Shown here: positions 21,351 through 29,879 of the stretch, piece after piece
How the letters are laid out: the number at the start of each line of letters is the position of its first letter
Position numbering within the stretch: the stretch's first letter is position 1
Assembly (NCBI RefSeq): GCF_016026235.1
Contig: NZ_CP065613.1
Source of the DNA: Escherichia coli
GTDB lineage: Bacteria > Pseudomonadota > Gammaproteobacteria > Enterobacterales > Enterobacteriaceae
Strand: one strand, 5' to 3'
DNA length: 64,000 bases
Translations under genes and position numbers: made by a program
The notes under the pieces: model-generated
Database searches by the model: none
What the model was told of the DNA's origin: nothing
Seen by the model: only the letters and a program-made list of their open reading frames with translations

Positions 21351-21776
21351 ATGGAATTACAGGACTGGCGAAAAGAACCTCGTAAAAACTATTCGAATGA
21401 ATTCAAACTTCGTATGGTGGAACTGGCATCACAACCTGGAGCTTGTGTTGCACAGATTGCACGTGAAAATGGCGTCAATGATAATGTTATTTTCAAATGG
21501 CTCAGGCTCTGGCAGAACGAAGGGCGTGTTTCGCGGCGTCTTCCGGTAACGACCTCTTCTGACACTGGCGTTGAATTATTACCTGTAGAAATAACGCCGG
21601 ATGAGCAGAAAAAACCTGTGGCGGCCATTGCGCCGTCTTTATCCACTTCCACTCAGACCAGAGTCAGCGCCAGTTCCTGCAAGGTGGAGTTCCGTCACGG
21701 TAACATAACGCTGGAAAATCCATCGCCAGAGCTGCTCACGGTGCTGATCCGCGAACTGAGCGGGAGGGGAAGATGA
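21351..21776 (+). CDS. IS66-family accessory protein TnpA
   Basis: 141 aa, MELQDWRKEPRKNYSNEFKLRMVELASQPGACVAQIARENGVNDNVIFKWLRLWQ (HTH). Confidence 0.85.
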   Translation: MELQDWRKEPRKNYSNEFKLRMVELASQPGACVAQIARENGVNDNVIFKWLRLWQNEGRVSRRLPVTTSSDTGVELLPVEITPDEQKKPVAAIAPSLSTSTQTRVSASSCKVEFRHGNITLENPSPELLTVLIRELSGRGR

Positions 21777-22123
21777 TTTCACTCCCATCAGGTACCCGTA
21801 TCTGGCTCGTTGCCGGCGTTACCGATATGCGTAAATCCTTCAACGGACTGGGAGAACAGGTACAACATGTGCTGAATGATAATCCCTTCTCCGGCCACCT
21901 GTTTATCTTCCGTGGCCGACGGGGTGACACCGTTAAAATTCTTTGGGCTGATGCTGATGGTCTGTGCCTGTTCACCAAACGCCTGGAAGAAGGCCAGTTT
22001 ATCTGGCCTGCGGTACGTGACGGCAAGGTATCCATTACCCGTTCGCAACTGGTAATGCTCCTCGATAAGCTGGACTGGCGTCAGCCAAAAACATCCCGCC
22101 TTAACTCACTGACAATGTTGTAA
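21773..22123 (+). CDS. IS66-family TnpB
   Basis: 116 aa, MISLPSGTRIWLVAGVTDMRKSFNGLGEQV...LFIFRGRRGDTVKILWAD. It has a 4-nt overlap with tnpA. Confidence 0.9.
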   Translation: MISLPSGTRIWLVAGVTDMRKSFNGLGEQVQHVLNDNPFSGHLFIFRGRRGDTVKILWADADGLCLFTKRLEEGQFIWPAVRDGKVSITRSQLVMLLDKLDWRQPKTSRLNSLTML

Positions 22124-22153
22124 AAAACTCCTGACCGCATTATAAAAACGGTC

Positions 22154-23767
22154 ATGAGTCAGAAATACCTCATTCGCATCGCAGAGCTGGAAAGGTTGCT
22201 CTCTGAGCAGGCTGAAGCCCTCCGTCAGAAAGACCAACAACTGAGTCTGGTTGAAGAGACGGAGGCCTTCCTGCGTTCTGTGCTGGCACGTGCCGAAGAA
22301 AAGATCGAAGAAGATGAACGGGAAATAGAACATCTGCGGGCTCAGATAGAAAAACTGCGCCGGATGCTGTTCGGTACCCGTTCTGAAAAACTGCGTCGTG
22401 AAGTTGAACAGGCTGAGGCCCAGCTGAAGCAACGCGAACAGGACAGCGATCGTTACAGTGGGCGAGAGGATGACCCGCAGGTTCCCCGCCAGTTGCGACA
22501 GTCACGCCATCGTCGTCCGTTACCGGAGCATCTGCCCCGCGAAATAAACCGCCTGGAGCCTGAAGAAAGCTGTTGCCCGGAGTGTGGCGGTGAGCTGGAT
22601 TATCTGGGGGAAGTCAGTGCAGAACAACTGGAACTGGTGAGCAGCGCCCTAAAAGTGATCCGCACAGAACGGGTAAAAAAAGCCTGTACAAAATGTGACT
22701 GCATCGTTGAAGCACCGGCACCATCCCGTCCGATAGAGCGTGGTATCGCGGGCCTGGGGTTACTTGCCCGCGTGTTAACGGGAAAATACTGCGAACATCT
22801 GCCACTGTATCGTCAGAGTGAAATCTTTGCCCGCCAGGGTGTCGAACTGAGCCGTGCCTTACTCTCCAACTGGGTTGATGCGTGCTGCCAGTTAATGACT
22901 CCGCTGAATGATGCCCTGTACAGTTATGTGATGAACACCCGCAAGGTTCACACTGATGACACACCAGTAAAAGTACTGGCACCGGGCAGGAAGAAGGCGA
23001 AAACAGGATATATCTGGACGTATGTCCGGGATGACCGAAATGCCGGTTCGCCAGAACCTCCGGCGGTCTGGTTCGCCTACTCACCGGACCATCAGGGTAA
23101 ACATCCGGAGCAACACCTTCGTCCCTTCCGGGGTATCCTGCAGGCAGATGCGTTCGCAGGTTACGATCGGCTGTTCAGTGCCGAACGTGAAAGCGGCGCG
23201 TTGACGGAAGCAGGATGCTGGGCTCATGCACGGCGCAAAATCCACGATGTATATATCAGTACCAAAAGCGCGACGGCGGAAGAAGCACTGAAACTAATCG
23301 GTGAACTGTACGCCATTGAGCACGAAATACGCGGGTTGCCGGTGTCTGAACGCCTGGCGGTCAGGCAAATGCAGAGTAAACCGCTACTGACTTCCCTGTA
23401 TAAGCTGATGCAGGAGAAAGAACACACGTTATCGAAAAAATGCCGTCTGAGAGATGCGTTCCGGTATATCAGGAAGCACTGGATTGCGTTGTGCAACTTC
23501 TGTGATGACGGTCTGGCGGAGGCGGACAATAACACAGCGGAAAGAGCGCTTCGTGCAGTCTGTCTCGGAAAGAAAAATTACGTGCTCTTCGGTAGCGATC
23601 ACGGCGGCGAGCGTGGTGCACTGCTGTACGGGCTGATCGGCACCTGCCGTCTGAACGGTATCGATCCGGAAGCGTATCTGCGCCATATTCTGAGCGTACT
23701 GCCGGAATGGCCTTCCAACCGAGTTGGCGAACTCCTGCCATGGAACGTAGTACTCACCAATAAATAA
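22154..23767 (+). CDS. IS66-family transposase TnpC (DDE)
   Basis: 537 aa with an N-terminal coiled coil, a CPECGG zinc motif, ...KVHTDDTPVKVLAPGRKKAKTGYIWTYVRDD... and ...[31 protein letters not shown]... Confidence 0.9.
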   Translation: MSQKYLIRIAELERLLSEQAEALRQKDQQLSLVEETEAFLRSVLARAEEKIEEDEREIEHLRAQIEKLRRMLFGTRSEKLRREVEQAEAQLKQREQDSDRYSGREDDPQVPRQLRQSRHRRPLPEHLPREINRLEPEESCCPECGGELDYLGEVSAEQLELVSSALKVIRTERVKKACTKCDCIVEAPAPSRPIERGIAGLGLLARVLTGKYCEHLPLYRQSEIFARQGVELSRALLSNWVDACCQLMTPLNDALYSYVMNTRKVHTDDTPVKVLAPGRKKAKTGYIWTYVRDDRNAGSPEPPAVWFAYSPDHQGKHPEQHLRPFRGILQADAFAGYDRLFSAERESGALTEAGCWAHARRKIHDVYISTKSATAEEALKLIGELYAIEHEIRGLPVSERLAVRQMQSKPLLTSLYKLMQEKEHTLSKKCRLRDAFRYIRKHWIALCNFCDDGLAEADNNTAERALRAVCLGKKNYVLFGSDHGGERGALLYGLIGTCRLNGIDPEAYLRHILSVLPEWPSNRVGELLPWNVVLTNK

Positions 23768-23829
23768 GCGTCAATACGGTGCTCCGTTGACGCTTACCAA
23801 AATGGCGATTGAGAAGGTGCAATTGACTT

Positions 23830-24186
23830 ATCCGGATTCGGTCGTGGCGAGGTGGTGCCCCTGCATTCTGCTAACCGGGTTATGAGCCAGGAGTCAGCGA
23901 TAGACAAAGGGACTTATCTGACCGGGCCCCCGGAAAAATGGCGGGAGAGAATGATACCTTCCTGCTGACGAGACCGGACTTTGAGATGACGAGCGATAGT
24001 GCGGCAGTGATGTACAGCCTGATCGGTAGCTGCAAAACTTAACGGAATCGAGCCGGAAACGTGGCTACGCCACGTGATCAGTGTAATCAACACCTGGCCT
24101 GCCAACCGCATGAAAGAGTTGTTGCCCTGGAACGTCACTCTCTCTGTAAACTAATTTTTACCCCACGTCCTTCACGGTGCGCTTAC
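23830..24186 (+). mobile_element. Degenerate IS66-family 3' remnant
   Basis: Broken frames encode ...AAVMYSLIGSCK(stop)NGIEPETWLRHVISVINTWPANRMKELLPWNVTL, followed by an IS66-type end ...CACGGTGCGCTTAC at 24186. Confidence 0.6.
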
Positions 24187-24297
24187 ACTCTGGACAAGTA
24201 TGTAAATGATAAGTTAAAAATAATCCGTGCATTTCCTGTGACGATATTAGTTGTTGGTAACGAAATCTCATTAGCGGATCGGAAATGCACTTAACCT

Positions 24298-24342
24298 AAT
24301 ACGTTGCCACTGTTCCGCCAGGAGTTGCAGTGGCAACGTATT
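24298..24342 (-). terminator. 15-bp perfect hairpin downstream of iha
   Basis: AATACGTTGCCACTG ... CAGTGGCAACGTATT, about 30 nt after the iha stop. There is no clear U-tract. Confidence 0.5.
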
Positions 24343-24371
24343 CTACCGTCAGTGATAGCGTTTTGTTATTA

Positions 24372-26462
24372 TCAGAACTGATAGTTCAGCGACATCCAGT
24401 AATTTCGCTCAGGTATCACATATCCTGTTGTTGATGATCCCGTCTGGAAGTAATCACCGGCATACAGCGTACTCTTACCGGCACTGTACAGGCTCACGTC
24501 ACTGTAATCCTTGTTGAGCAGGTTATTCACCGCAGCATTCAGCGTCAGGGCATCCGTCATCTTCCACGACAGACCTGCATCCACCACCGTCCAGGCTTTC
24601 AGGTATTCTCCTTTCTCATCATACACTTTCTTCTGTACAGCGCTCAGTGACGAATAATTCTGGGTGAAACGTGGTGTTTTCCCGCGATAACGGGCACCCA
24701 GCCATGATGCCACCTCTTCGGTGATCTGCCAGTTCAGTTTCGCATTCACCATGTGTTCAGGGGTATAACTCAGCGGCGCACCTTTGTTATCACCATCACG
24801 TTGTTCACTTCGGGTCCAGGTGTAATTCAGTGACAGCGTGACATCCTCTGACCACAGCGGCAATGTGCCGGCAAATTCCACACCGTGCAACCGGGCCTTT
24901 CCGCTGTTTACATAGCTATTGGTGTTATCATTTATGGAATAAGAGACAATCTTGTTGGAGAAGTCAGTCATAAAACCTGTGACATTGGCATTCAGACCGG
25001 CGGGGTTATCGTAATACACCCCAGCCTCATAACTGACGCTCTCTTCCGGCTTCAGGTCGGGGTTACCAAGTAGATTTGTTTTTCCCTGCCCGGACACACC
25101 ACTAATCCCTTTATGTAGCTGCCCCATTCTGGGTGCCTTATATCCCGTGGTCACACCGCCTTTCAGCGTCCAGGCATCTGCCACATCCCAGACCAGATAT
25201 GCACGCGGACTGAAGTGTCCCCCGAATTGCTCATGATGTTCATAGCGGCTGCCCGCAGTCAGCGCAAGTGCATCCGTGAGATGCCACTCATCCTCAGCAA
25301 ATACCGACCAGCTTTTCTGCCGGAAAGTTTCACCTGTGCTGGCAAGGACAACTCCGTCTTTCATGGACGAGCTCTGAAACTCGCCCCCCACCGTAACCAG
25401 ATGAGATTCTCCCAGAGGGGTAAGCAGTAATGAATTCAGGATAAGGTTCGATTCCTTAAGCTCCCGCGGCTGACCGGCAAGCCCCCATTTGTCGCGCTTC
25501 AGTACACTGCGTACGAGCTCACGACCTTTATTTTCTGTCTCGTTCCAGTTCAGATACGATTTCCATGTTCCGAAGGTGAAAGTATGATCATAGCCAGCTG
25601 AAATTTTGTTCCGCTCATAGCGCAGGGTCCGGTCATATCCCCCCGTCAGACTCCCCAGTTGCCCATCCCGGTTATCATAACGCTGCCGGGTGGTATCCAT
25701 ATCAAACCAGAGCACATCCTGCTCCGACGCCTTCCAGTCAAGACGTGCACCAAGATTATAATTCTGTGACTCCGTGGGATAAGGAATACGCGTGGCTGCT
25801 GTATCGCTCAGTGATGTGACCGATGAGCCCTGACGCTGTTGTGTGCTACCGCGTACCTGCAGGCTGACAGAATCATCCACAAGGGGGCCACTGCTCCAGA
25901 AATTAAACTGGCTGCTGTTACCCCATTTGTTGCTTTCCTGCAGATTCAGCCCTGCATTGACGGAAGAGAGCCATTTGTCTGCATTCTTTCTGGTAATGAT
26001 ATTCACCACACCGCCCATCGCATCAGAGCCATACAGTGTGGACATCGGCCCCCTGATAACCTCAATACGCTCAATGGCGGCCAGAGGGGGCATGAACCCG
26101 GTATTCATGGCAGAAAAACCGTTGGGAGTCACGTCACTGCTTCCGCCCTGACGAACACCATCAATCAGTATCAGCGTGTAACTGGCTGGCATTCCTCGGA
26201 TGCTGATTTCCAGCCCACCGGTTTTACCCGTACCACTTTCAACATCCACACCCTCTACTGATCTCAGAGCCTCCGCCAGATCGTGGTACTGGCTGGACTG
26301 CAATTCCTCCTGGCTAATCACAGAAACACTGGCGGCTGCGTTAGTCAGCTTTTTCTCATAGCCGGATGCCGAGACAATCATCACATCCTCTGCAGCAGCT
26401 ATGCTGCTGGCTGAAAATCCGAGACAGGGAATGACTACGGAAGCCAGAGTGGTTATTCGCAT
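24372..26462 (-). CDS. iha: Iha, IrgA-homologue adhesin / TonB-dependent catecholate siderophore receptor
   Basis: 696 aa, MRITTLASVVIPCLGFSASSIAAAEDVMIVSASGYEKKLTNAAASVSVISQEEL... It has a TonB box/plug, and the beta-barrel ends ...NYWMSLNYQF. Confidence 0.95.
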   Translation of the reverse strand: MRITTLASVVIPCLGFSASSIAAAEDVMIVSASGYEKKLTNAAASVSVISQEELQSSQYHDLAEALRSVEGVDVESGTGKTGGLEISIRGMPASYTLILIDGVRQGGSSDVTPNGFSAMNTGFMPPLAAIERIEVIRGPMSTLYGSDAMGGVVNIITRKNADKWLSSVNAGLNLQESNKWGNSSQFNFWSSGPLVDDSVSLQVRGSTQQRQGSSVTSLSDTAATRIPYPTESQNYNLGARLDWKASEQDVLWFDMDTTRQRYDNRDGQLGSLTGGYDRTLRYERNKISAGYDHTFTFGTWKSYLNWNETENKGRELVRSVLKRDKWGLAGQPRELKESNLILNSLLLTPLGESHLVTVGGEFQSSSMKDGVVLASTGETFRQKSWSVFAEDEWHLTDALALTAGSRYEHHEQFGGHFSPRAYLVWDVADAWTLKGGVTTGYKAPRMGQLHKGISGVSGQGKTNLLGNPDLKPEESVSYEAGVYYDNPAGLNANVTGFMTDFSNKIVSYSINDNTNSYVNSGKARLHGVEFAGTLPLWSEDVTLSLNYTWTRSEQRDGDNKGAPLSYTPEHMVNAKLNWQITEEVASWLGARYRGKTPRFTQNYSSLSAVQKKVYDEKGEYLKAWTVVDAGLSWKMTDALTLNAAVNNLLNKDYSDVSLYSAGKSTLYAGDYFQTGSSTTGYVIPERNYWMSLNYQF

Positions 26463-26512
26463 ATTACTAATCTCCGATCATGTTAACCGGCAAGACAATA
26501 CACAAATACAAA

Positions 26513-26533
26513 CAATAATGAGAATAATTTATA
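26513..26533. promoter_or_regulatory. Candidate Fur box in the iha promoter
   Basis: ATAATGAGAATAATTTAT compared with the consensus core ATAATGATAATCATTATC. It lies ~55 bp upstream of the iha start. Confidence 0.5.
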
Positions 26534-27249
26534 TTTGCCTTTTACAAAAAATAAAGATTATTGACAAAACTAAATATAAATAACAACTGCCTCGGCATGC
26601 CAGTTAACAGCTATCCGTATGGCGTGTTCGGTTTTGCGAATAAAAAATGGTTACTGTAGAAGCGGATTTCCACCACATGTCAACCATGAATGGTCAGTGG
26701 TGCGAGACGACTGGGATGATTTGGTCGATGACTTCTTCCGGTGAATACTGATAGAAACATTGAAATATTGTAAGAGAAAGCGTTCAAAAATTCTGCGGCA
26801 CGTGAAAAATTCTACAGCGTCATCACCTTATTCAGTCGACCTTCAAAATAAACGTTTAATAGAGACAATCACCATTTGGATTGTCCGCTGAGGAGGCGAA
26901 CGTTTTCCTAGACAGCTTTATCATGTCAGCCCACATTGTTGGCGCTGACAATACTAAGGACAAACGATGGGGAAGTAGCTTTTTAGCGTTATTTTCGGGA
27001 GTAAAAAACATGGTATCTTTCCGTATGTCAGTTGTATCTTGCTGGTATTCGTAGTCGTGATAAGGCATACAACGATATTTATCTTCACGTTAGTGAAGAA
27101 TAAGTTGTTTTGTGATCTATGTTAATCTGGGATTACAATCCGGGCTTGATACATCGCATCACGACTTTTATTCTCTTCAGAATATGTTACTCCCCGTTTT
27201 ACAGGCTCAGGATTTGAATTACAAATTATACTTTTAAGTGAACAATAAC

Positions 27250-27730
27250 CAGGGGTATTTCTTATTTCCTGAAACCAGGCTTGGCCCATTTCGGGATGAG
27301 TTTGAAAAAACTCTTGACGCATACGATAGTGATGAAATAAACGAAACAAATTACGTCAACAAACTCAGGCGTCTTGCCTGACATGCTCCTGACATCATTG
27401 ATATTCACGCTCATCTGGCATATGCATTTGCGCTCTTTATGCTGCAATTCTGGCGAATGTTCATTTACAGCGTCATCAGGATGCCGTTATACTCATTGAT
27501 AAAATACTAACATATAACCCTGAGAATAATCAGGGGACACGCTGGTTACTGGGGACGGAATTGTTACGTGCCGGCAAGCATGACAGGGCTCTGTACGTAT
27601 TGACAGGACATGTCAATGAATTTCCCCCCTACTGGTACGAGCTTGCTCTTTTACATTTTATGAATGAGGCATATATTAATGCTGCAACGGCATTTCGATA
27701 TGGATTTTTAACAAGCATATATTGTTGAAA
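27250..27730 (+). pseudogene. Decayed ORF, possibly TPR-like (several stops/frameshifts)
   Basis: Adjacent frames read ...FRDEFEKTLDAYDSDEINETNYVNKLRRLA(stop)HAPDIIDIHAHLAYAFALFMLQ / LANVHLQRHQDAVILIDKILTYNPENNQGTRWLLGTELLRAGKHDRALYVL...YWYELALLHF. No intact start is present. Confidence 0.3.
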
Positions 27731-28375
27731 TGCTTTGTTAGAATCTTTATCCATTCCCTGGGGCTGTATAGTATGATTTTTCAGGTATTTCTGAATACAG
27801 CCAAATATTATTGCAAATATTCTCTAAATTATTAATTAAATATCCATAAGCATTATTGCCTGGGAACTGGACATATAATTACTCTTCTGTGCTAAAGGAA
27901 CGTTCTGAAATGTTTAAGTATGCAGAGATGTTGATGGCGGAAGAAGATGATAAAGTATGTGAACTTATTTTTAAACAACAAGATAATTTGATTTTAAAAA
28001 TAAATGATAGATTTCCCAGAATAATTATAAAGAAATACCGAACATTACAAGGTAAAGTCGTATGGCTATGGATATTGCCATTTGTTATTAAATGGTTAAT
28101 TTTGTGTGCTTTAGGCGTAAACAGCTGGCGATGAAAAAGTAAATACCCTGATTATTATTTGTTAAGAGATGAGATACCTGTGCGTCTGGTGTCTATTATA
28201 TTCCCAACATTATTGGCGCTATTCTTGCTGGCGTAGGCATCGCCATACTATGAATATTGTGTTTGTCGTGATTCAATTTTTATTTATAACCTCTACCCGG
28301 AGCAAATTCAGGTAGGTCATGCATAAAAATATCTTTCTATACTACGAAACTACGAAAATTATTTTTGTGAAAGTA

Positions 28376-28487
28376 TTGACAACGCTAACTATTTTTAATT
28401 ATATATTCATGGTGCTCTAGGCATCACATTTTCTCCATGGGGTATTCCCTCCGCCGGCACTATGTGTTGCTGGCGTTTTTTTATCAA
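28376..28487 (+). ncRNA. Orphan promoter-to-terminator unit, candidate small RNA of about 75 nt
   Basis: Perfect -35 TTGACA at 28376..28381 and an AT-rich -10 window (TATATA/TATATT) at 28400..28407. An intrinsic terminator CGCCGGCA-loop-TGCTGGCG plus T7 lies at 28452..28487. No ORF lies between them. Confidence 0.3.
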
Positions 28488-29199
28488 TTCTTACTTTTTA
28501 ATCCCACTGTCCTTTCCACCAGAAACATACCTCGTTTCTACTGTATTTTGAGAATATAGTTCCCAGAATACCAATTATATATAATACGTTGTAATATATG
28601 TATTCCAATTAAAGCCGTTATTATAATAATTATCATATATGGTTCTTTTCATGTTGATTTCGTCAGAAACAGAAAATGCTGATGATGAATTGTGAATAAT
28701 CAAACTGACCTCTAATTATCCTGTATGGAGTAGTGCTTATTTTCGACTCAATTTCTACTGATTAGATTATGGTTATCAGTACAGTGGGTTATGAAAAACG
28801 GACTGGATCTGCCAGCAGTGCTTCTATTATTATTCAAAAAGAACTTCAGCCGGACAATGCTATAATCCAGGGAAAGGCTATAAGCTCTGTTGGACGGAAT
28901 GTGGAAATCAGCACTGGTAAAAAGGGGAACTGACATTAACACAAGAAGGATTCCTGCAAGCAACTGCTTATCTGTCCGGAACGCAGAATTAAAGCATGAC
29001 CACACAGGAGCCAGAATACTGTGGTCGTACGCATTCAGTATTGTGACAACTAATAGAAATAAAAATCTGGCCGGTGCGAATATTAAACGATGCGATACCG
29101 TATAGTGTAAGTCAAAAGTAACGGGGTATTTAAACCATCTTTTCATATTTATTTAACATAATGCAGATTCTGATGTATTAGTTCAGTTGTTCGCCAGAA

Positions 29200-29290
29200 T
29201 CAGCGCTCGACCACGATGCGATTTTGCAGTGTGCCGAAGAAGTTCTCCATCACTGCGTTATTCAGACCGTTTCCTTTGTGTGGCATATTT
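29200..29290 (-). pseudogene. IS3-family transposase (OrfB) C-terminal remnant
   Basis: The minus-strand translation MPHKGNGLNNAVMENFFGTLQNRIVVER(stop) resembles the ...GNCWDNAxxESFFGTLK... segment of IS3-family OrfB. Confidence 0.4.
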
Positions 29291-29811
29291 TGTGCTACTC
29301 CATGGGGCTTTAACTTTGCCTATAGCCTGCCATTCGATATTGCCAACCCTGATCCGTATGTAGTTACGGGGCATCCTCCGGGCCGGGCACCGACAATGCA
29401 TCGTGCACCATCGTATTAACAATCTCCATTACCGGACTTTATGACAGGCGCAGGAGAAAATCTCCCGGTTAAACTGAACGGAGAACCAGCGACAGGTACC
29501 TCTTTTTACCCTGTAGCAAGTACTCTATAACATACTCCCCCATTTTTCGTTGGCCTTCATTGCAGCAAAGTTCCGGCTCAGGATATTGGGCGCAGATCAT
29601 CCTCTCAGGAATTTCAGGATCTGCCAGACGGTGCTGAGACGACGCTTACTTGTAAGGTTAGTTTTCAGACGGACAATGAAATGAGGATATGCGATAAATT
29701 TCAGTCAAAGATCCATAAAACAGAAATAATGTTATTCAGTGGTGAACAGTCCATTCCGGAGACGGAATATCTTGTTAAGGCTGTATATTATACTGGCTGT
29801 AAACAATACTG

Positions 29812-29853
29812 GCTGTAAACAACATGGCCACCAAGGACCATGTTGTTTACAGC
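29812..29853 (-). terminator. 16-bp perfect hairpin downstream of iutA
   Basis: GCTGTAAACAACATGG-CCACCAAGGA-CCATGTTGTTTACAGC, 27 nt after the iutA stop. Confidence 0.5.
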
Positions 29854-29879
29854 ATACCCTTGTTGCAAAAGCATCCCCG

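Larger units (their letters stand above)
21273..23797 (+). mobile_element. Apparently complete IS66-family element
   Basis: Three-gene tnpA-tnpB-tnpC layout. Ends are (G)TAAACTGACCGCCGTATG... and ...ACGGTGCTCCGTTGACGCTTAC. No matching 8-bp target duplication is present. Confidence 0.85.

Noticed and set aside
28538-28636. 32-codon hydrophobic minus-strand peptide (MIIIIITALIGIHILQRIIYNWYSGNYILKIQ), considered as a type I toxin partner of the sRNA candidate
   Set aside because: It has no convincing RBS and does not overlap the candidate sRNA. Ile/Asn/Tyr-rich peptides are expected by chance in such AT-rich DNA.
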